A stretch of DNA of 10,175 nt. Origin: Deltaproteobacteria bacterium TL4 (GTDB lineage Bacteria > SAR324 > NAC60-12). The notes beneath the pieces were generated by a model, which saw only the letters and a program-made list of their open reading frames with translations, was not told the DNA's origin and did not search any database. Shown here in pieces: positions 5,482 through 10,175 of the stretch (positions are counted from its first letter, which is position 1; each line of letters opens with the position of its first letter). The position numbers and the translations under genes are program-made. The stretch spans positions 1 through 10,175 of the forward strand of contig JBBCAX010000353.1 in NCBI GenBank assembly GCA_051382335.1. Reading direction: 5' to 3'.

Positions 5482-7115
5482 GGGGTTTCTCCTTCAGAGG
5501 GGTGATTATCCAAAAAATTACGATAAATTTTGTTCAACATTTTTTCCAAACCTTGTTTTTGCAGATGAAGTTTTCTTTGGGCTGAAACATCCTCCCAGCC
5601 AAAGCTTTCACACAATTCATGAAATGCTTGAACCAGGCGGGTTTGGCAGGTTTTCAGATAGTCCCGCAAAAGGGTGAAGAGGTGACCTTGCTGTTGTGCC
5701 TGACGAAAGAGGGACACACGGTTCAGGATTTCTTCACCCCAGTGCTGGACTAACTCATCCTGAGTGTCCTGAAGATGAGGGAGTTGTTCCTGACTGCGTT
5801 TTTTATCAGCGCTTCCCATTTTTCGGAAGACGCCAGTCATCTCTGTCATGGCGGAGGTGAGGTCTTCCAACGCCTGATAAAAAGACTGTTGATCCTCCTT
5901 TTGATCTTGGGTGAAAAAGGGGAGTTGAATGACCTGATGATGAAAGCCCAGGAGTTTGGCTTGATCGGCTTCATAAGCCTGGAGTTCCAGTTGATAAAAA
6001 AAATTAGGAGAATCAGCTCGCAGTTCCTCAAACTGCTGAACCAGGGGCGCCATCTGAAAGTGATTTTTATCTCGTTCCAGATCCTTCAGACTCAAACATG
6101 CCAAATTGCGCCAGATATCCGGTTTATAGTTTTGGGGAAGTCTCTGGGCTTTCTCATCCACATACGTTGCCAGAGTTGGATGACCCACAAAACCATCCTT
6201 CACTTTATCCAGACGGTTTCCAAAGCCTCGCCAATAATAGCGTTCAACGAGTTTTTCTGTGGTCATACCACACAAATCACATATTCCCTTTTGGGGCTGT
6301 ATTTCAAAGAACACATGACGGGGCGTGTAAAGCATCGCTCTGAGGAGACCAACATCCTGGGCTAAATCCTGGAATCCCTTGTCCTTAGGCTGTCCTGGAC
6401 GAAGCCACGAAGGCTGATCAATGGCTGATGGTTTAAGCCAGCCCTGGTTTTCGGTGAGGTCAGGATTCAGGCAACCGGAGAGATAAGTATTGAGAATCAT
6501 CCGTTGAAAAGAATCCGGGGCGTGAATCATACACAACCACGCCTGCGGTCCTCGAAAATTGGCGTGTCCTGCCAATCCTGCCGTACAAAAATTATTATGA
6601 TGAAGCAATCCAGTCAGGGCACAGCCAACGCAAATTTTTCTCAGAGTTGCAGGTCGTTTATGATGGCAGGTATTGTTTCCGGAAACCGAGTGCAGGAGCA
6701 ATCCATCCAGTCCTTCTTCCTGTCCTGACACAACTTTACAACCAGAACCTGTCTCGCCTTGGAGAGCCACAGTCTTCACGTCATAATGTTGATAGAATCC
6801 ATTTTTATCCGGGTAGAGGTTAAAGAAATCTTTCTTTTCCTCAAGACGTTGGGAGAGGCGTTCCTTGAAATCTGGATAGTATTTGGAGGCAACTCCCCGT
6901 TTAGTGAGGGAGTTCCATTCTTCCTTAGACAGTTCCACTTGCAGGACTTGCAGGAAAAGGCTGGGAATGTAACGCAGAAACGCTTCCAAAGCCGGGTCAG
7001 GATGCACTGGATCAGCAACTATCTCCCCTAGCAGAATGGAACGGAGGGGGACTTGTCTCAAACGTCCGTCTTTGTCTTTGCAAGGATAAAACGGGTCATG
7101 GAGTGGGTTGTACAT
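5478..7115 (-). CDS. cas8e: Cas8e (Cse1/CasA) large subunit, divergent
   Basis: 545 aa. N-terminal YNPLHDPFYP, FNL..FYQ, two CxxC pairs (CVGCA, CDLCG), FRGP and HP motifs. First gene of the Cascade block. Confidence 0.9.
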   Translation of the reverse strand: MYNPLHDPFYPCKDKDGRLRQVPLRSILLGEIVADPVHPDPALEAFLRYIPSLFLQVLQVELSKEEWNSLTKRGVASKYYPDFKERLSQRLEEKKDFFNLYPDKNGFYQHYDVKTVALQGETGSGCKVVSGQEEGLDGLLLHSVSGNNTCHHKRPATLRKICVGCALTGLLHHNNFCTAGLAGHANFRGPQAWLCMIHAPDSFQRMILNTYLSGCLNPDLTENQGWLKPSAIDQPSWLRPGQPKDKGFQDLAQDVGLLRAMLYTPRHVFFEIQPQKGICDLCGMTTEKLVERYYWRGFGNRLDKVKDGFVGHPTLATYVDEKAQRLPQNYKPDIWRNLACLSLKDLERDKNHFQMAPLVQQFEELRADSPNFFYQLELQAYEADQAKLLGFHHQVIQLPFFTQDQKEDQQSFYQALEDLTSAMTEMTGVFRKMGSADKKRSQEQLPHLQDTQDELVQHWGEEILNRVSLFRQAQQQGHLFTLLRDYLKTCQTRLVQAFHELCESFGWEDVSAQRKLHLQKQGLEKMLNKIYRNFLDNHPSEGETP

Positions 7116-7118
7116 ACT

Positions 7119-7508
7119 TCACTCGATCAAAGATTCTTTTTTAAGATAGGAAGTCAGGGTTTCCACATAGAGAACGGCTCTTTCCAGAAGAAGGTCTGCT
7201 TCCTGTTTAGAAATAATAAAAGTGTATTCATAATCGCCAAGCTGTCTTTTTTCAAAGGCTCGGTTGAGTTCTCTCCCCAGTTCTCTTGGGAAAATATTGG
7301 TGAGAATAAAATGTTCTCCAAATGCCGCAATGACACTTTTATGAGAAGAAAATGTTAAATTTTTACTGAGCAATACCGCTTCAGCCGCATAGAACATGGA
7401 ATAGTAAGCACGAGAAACACAAGATTCGTAATCTTCTTCATCAAGCAAAAGCTGGGCGCTATGGAGGTATTTTTCAGATCGAGCGATCAGGGAGGCGATT
7501 TCATTCAT
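7119..7508 (-). CDS. HEPN domain protein (UPF0332/COG1895-like), putative toxin partner of the MNT
   Basis: 129 aa. A..YL.SA..LL....Y...VSRAYYSMFYAA.A.L, SHKSVI..FG..F and R...DY form the recognisable pattern of this small HEPN family. ATGA overlap with the MNT gene. Confidence 0.88.
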   Translation of the reverse strand: MNEIASLIARSEKYLHSAQLLLDEEDYESCVSRAYYSMFYAAEAVLLSKNLTFSSHKSVIAAFGEHFILTNIFPRELGRELNRAFEKRQLGDYEYTFIISKQEADLLLERAVLYVETLTSYLKKESLIE

Positions 7509-7861
7509 GCAGGAATCCCCTCTTTACGAATATTAAGGAGGAGGGGACTATTGATGGTAAGATAACTGTGTGCAGACACAGGGTAGATGGAAATGAGGGT
7601 ATTGTACTTCAAGTTGAAGTCAGTAATTAAATCAATCATACGATCAATTTCCAAGCCTGCCTGTATTTCATATTTTAAGACAACGGCCAGATCAATATCA
7701 GAAGAATCCGAAGCCTGATGACGCGCCCAAGAGCCATAAAGCACTACCTGTTGCAATTGATCACCATATAGTTGTTGTAATGCCTGTTTTAATTCTTGCA
7801 TCAGAACAGGCAACCACTCTTTAGCATTTGCGACTTTCATTAGTTTAGGAATTAGGGTCAT
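7505..7861 (-). CDS. Minimal nucleotidyltransferase (MNT), putative antitoxin
   Basis: 118 aa. LYGSWARHQASDSSDIDLAVV is an exact GS-X10-DXD motif, and the C-terminus reads NI.KEG. The true start may be a downstream Met (MKVAN... or MQELK...). Confidence 0.92.
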   Translation of the reverse strand: MTLIPKLMKVANAKEWLPVLMQELKQALQQLYGDQLQQVVLYGSWARHQASDSSDIDLAVVLKYEIQAGLEIDRMIDLITDFNLKYNTLISIYPVSAHSYLTINSPLLLNIRKEGIPA

Positions 7862-7923
7862 CTTTCTACTCTCTCAAGAAGGTGTAACAAAAGGGGTTTC
7901 ATGGGCATATTCGCCATTTAAGT

Positions 7924-10175
7924 TCATCTTTTATCAATCTTCAGTCCTTGGGTTTTGGAATAGATTAAAACAAGGTTGTTGCCTTTGAAAGTGTAATCTA
8001 AGTCTTTCCTAACATCTTCAGAAAAAGGAAGCAAGAGCGGTTTTGGTTCATAAGGAAATTCCTGGTCCATTCTCTTGCGGGTAGTGCTCCAGTGCTGACC
8101 TTCCGGGTATTTTAAAAAATCAAAATCATTGGAAGATACCCCTCTGAGCATGGTTTTCAGAACGGTGATGGAATGTTCCTGCAACCGCAGTTTGAATTCC
8201 TGATACCGCTGGTTGTTCTCTTCCCGACCATCCAGCTCATTCAGCCAGCGATAATCCACAAAAATGATTTGACGGGAAGGTGGAGCCAACCGGGTTCCAC
8301 CTTCTTCCAGTTCTTCCCTTTCAGGGGCGTCCCGTTCTTCTTGGGAGAGTCCCTGCTGCCCTAATCGGTGAGAGGGTTCTTCGGGAGAGGGTTGGAGATA
8401 ACCAGCGGCTGTAAGGCTTTGGACATATTCTTCATTGTTCCATTGTTGCCTCGCTTCCAGATAGGCGGGTTGATCCGTTTCAGGAATCGTTAATTTTTCA
8501 TCCCCATAGACTTCCTCAACCAGTCCCCGAATGTCTTGAGGCAATTGGACAGGAAATTTCTGGTTAGATCCCCGTTGTTCAAACAATAAAGCGGTGCGGT
8601 AAAGGATGGAAGCGTCATAGACGGAGCGGGCTTCAGGAGTGTTTTTTCGGTTTTGCAACCATCCTGAAACCGTCGAACAGGGGCTATAGACAAACAGGCA
8701 GGGCTTTTTCCAGGGATGAGCCTGACGAAGAGCGTCATTTTCCTGATGGCGGTGCAGTCGCCCGGCTCGTTGCAGGAGTAAATCAATGGGAGCCAGCTCT
8801 GAAATCATCACATCAAAATCTACATCCAGACTTTGCTCCACGACCTGGGTGGCAATCAGGATGCGTCCTTTCGTTCGTTCGGACTGGCCTGCTTTGCCAA
8901 ACTTCTGGAGAACCTTTTCTTCGAGGTCATTGCGGTCATTCAGGAGAAAACGGCTGTGAAACAACAACAGTTCAATTTGACTGGCTTGAGCAGAGGCTTC
9001 CAATTCCTCAAACCATTCCTGAGCTTTTTTGACAGTATTGAGAATCAGACAGCACTGCGCTCCTTTTTGGGCAAATTCAAGCAGACTCTTTTTGATTTTA
9101 TCAGCATCAGACTCCTCTTTGAAGGTGATTGTTTTTTTCTGAAGTGGATTATGAGCGCAGGGAATAAAGCGAGGTTCTGCTTGTGGCACAATATGGGTGA
9201 TGAGAGGATAGGCAACTGCCTCAGCAGGAGAGGGCTGTGCCAGAGCTTTTGCGCCAAAAGCCTCTGCCAGTTTTTGTTTGGTTTCAGAATGCAGCGTCGC
9301 CGAAAGCAAAATGACATGACTGCCTAACGCTCGGAGCCACTCCAGCAGACGCTTTAAAATCCGTTGCATATAGGCATCATAAGCATGGACTTCATCCACA
9401 ATCACGACCGCATGGGTTAATCCCAGCAATTTGACCCAATGATGACGTCCGCCCAAAACCGCGGATAAGGCTTGGTCAATGGTTCCGACTCCCGCTGTTG
9501 CCAGCAGGCTGCGTTTATGGCTTTGGGCAAAAAAAGCGTTGCAGGTTTTGAGGGCGCTCAGGTTTTCCGCATCGGGCTGAGAGGCTTCATAGCGCTCAGA
9601 GGTATCCGACTGAATACTGTTCAAAAAGGATTTTTGGAATTGGCGTTTCCCATGTGCCAGAACCAGAGACGATTCCTGATCAAAAAAGGGCGTTGCTCCT
9701 TGTAGGATCGTTTGCAGACGCTGGAACATGGCATTGGAGGTAGCCATTGTGGGCAACGCGAAATAGAGTTTATCCACAGCCCCACTTGCCAGAAGGCGGT
9801 CTGCCAGCAGCAAAGCAGCTTCCGTTTTGCCTTCTCCCATCGGCGCTTCCAGAATCAACAATTGGGGTTCCTGAGTCAAAGGAATTTCCAGCACCCGTTC
9901 CTGCAAAGGACGCAGCGTATGGGTTTGCAAAACTCGTTGAATCCGGGTTGATTCCTTTCCACAGTAACGTCCCAACAATCCTCTGGAGTTCAAAACCTCG
10001 TAAGCTTTTTGCTCCAGTTCAGATGTAATGGATGCCGGCTCTGAAACATCGTGAATGGACTTGAGCGCAAAAACACGAGTATCAGAACCCAGCCAGTCCG
10101 CCAGCGTACAGACTCCTGTCAAAAAAGCGACCGGAGCCGCTGTTACTTCAGAAAACAGTTGAGGGTGGGTGGGTA
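7924..10175 (-). CDS. cas3: Cas3 HD nuclease-SF2 helicase, 5'-partial
   Basis: Walker A APMGEGKT, LPTMATSNAM, DEVHAYD, LSAT, HSRF, ATQVVEQSLDVDFD and QRAGRLHRH. LADWLGS is the tail of the HD domain. The frame stays open from 10122 to the window edge (PTHPQLFSEVTAAPVAF), so the real start lies outside the window. Confidence 0.97.
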   Translation of the reverse strand, partial: PTHPQLFSEVTAAPVAFLTGVCTLADWLGSDTRVFALKSIHDVSEPASITSELEQKAYEVLNSRGLLGRYCGKESTRIQRVLQTHTLRPLQERVLEIPLTQEPQLLILEAPMGEGKTEAALLLADRLLASGAVDKLYFALPTMATSNAMFQRLQTILQGATPFFDQESSLVLAHGKRQFQKSFLNSIQSDTSERYEASQPDAENLSALKTCNAFFAQSHKRSLLATAGVGTIDQALSAVLGGRHHWVKLLGLTHAVVIVDEVHAYDAYMQRILKRLLEWLRALGSHVILLSATLHSETKQKLAEAFGAKALAQPSPAEAVAYPLITHIVPQAEPRFIPCAHNPLQKKTITFKEESDADKIKKSLLEFAQKGAQCCLILNTVKKAQEWFEELEASAQASQIELLLFHSRFLLNDRNDLEEKVLQKFGKAGQSERTKGRILIATQVVEQSLDVDFDVMISELAPIDLLLQRAGRLHRHQENDALRQAHPWKKPCLFVYSPCSTVSGWLQNRKNTPEARSVYDASILYRTALLFEQRGSNQKFPVQLPQDIRGLVEEVYGDEKLTIPETDQPAYLEARQQWNNEEYVQSLTAAGYLQPSPEEPSHRLGQQGLSQEERDAPEREELEEGGTRLAPPSRQIIFVDYRWLNELDGREENNQRYQEFKLRLQEHSITVLKTMLRGVSSNDFDFLKYPEGQHWSTTRKRMDQEFPYEPKPLLLPFSEDVRKDLDYTFKGNNLVLIYSKTQGLKIDKR

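Noticed and set aside
9412..9422. 11-nt match ATGGGTTAATC between S9 and cas3, suggesting self-targeting
   Set aside because: It is at the PAM-distal end and does not extend. About one such 11-mer is expected by chance (about 240 spacer 11-mers x 20 kb / 4^11).
974..10028. Many antisense and alternate-frame ORFs overlapping cas genes (e.g. 1329-1589, 2485-2898, 5775-6365, 8833-9327)
   Set aside because: They are shadows of well-supported cas, HEPN and MNT genes and show no recognisable motifs.
10120..10122. TTG at 10122 as the cas3 start, implying a helicase-only Cas3
   Set aside because: The frame is open to the window edge and the first residues are the end of the HD domain. The gene is simply cut by the window.

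Overview
The window holds a type I-E CRISPR-Cas locus transcribed on the minus strand: cas3 (5' end outside the window) - MNT - HEPN - cas8e - cas11 - cas7 - cas5 - cas6e - cas1 - cas2 - leader - array. The array has 12 clean 29-bp repeats and 11 spacers of 32 bp at 87-786, plus a degraded repeat at 26-53. Spacers are numbered S1-S11 left to right; S11 is leader-proximal and newest. Three things stand out. (1) The spacers are not a random sample: 6 of 11 are hairpins, two pairs are diverged homologues taken at the same site (S6/S11, S7/S9), and two pairs overlap on opposite strands (S3/S8, S9/S10). The S3/S8 overlap reveals an AAG PAM, and the S6/S11 differences preserve base pairing. This points to repeated acquisition from a small, diversified, structured element that I cannot identify. 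(2) A lower-GC MNT-HEPN toxin-antitoxin-like pair sits inside the operon between cas3 and cas8e and appears translationally coupled to cas8e. (3) The whole cas1-cas2 intergenic region is a 104-bp nested inverted repeat that would bury the cas2 ribosome-binding site. All counts were done by hand; no searches or folding computations were run.
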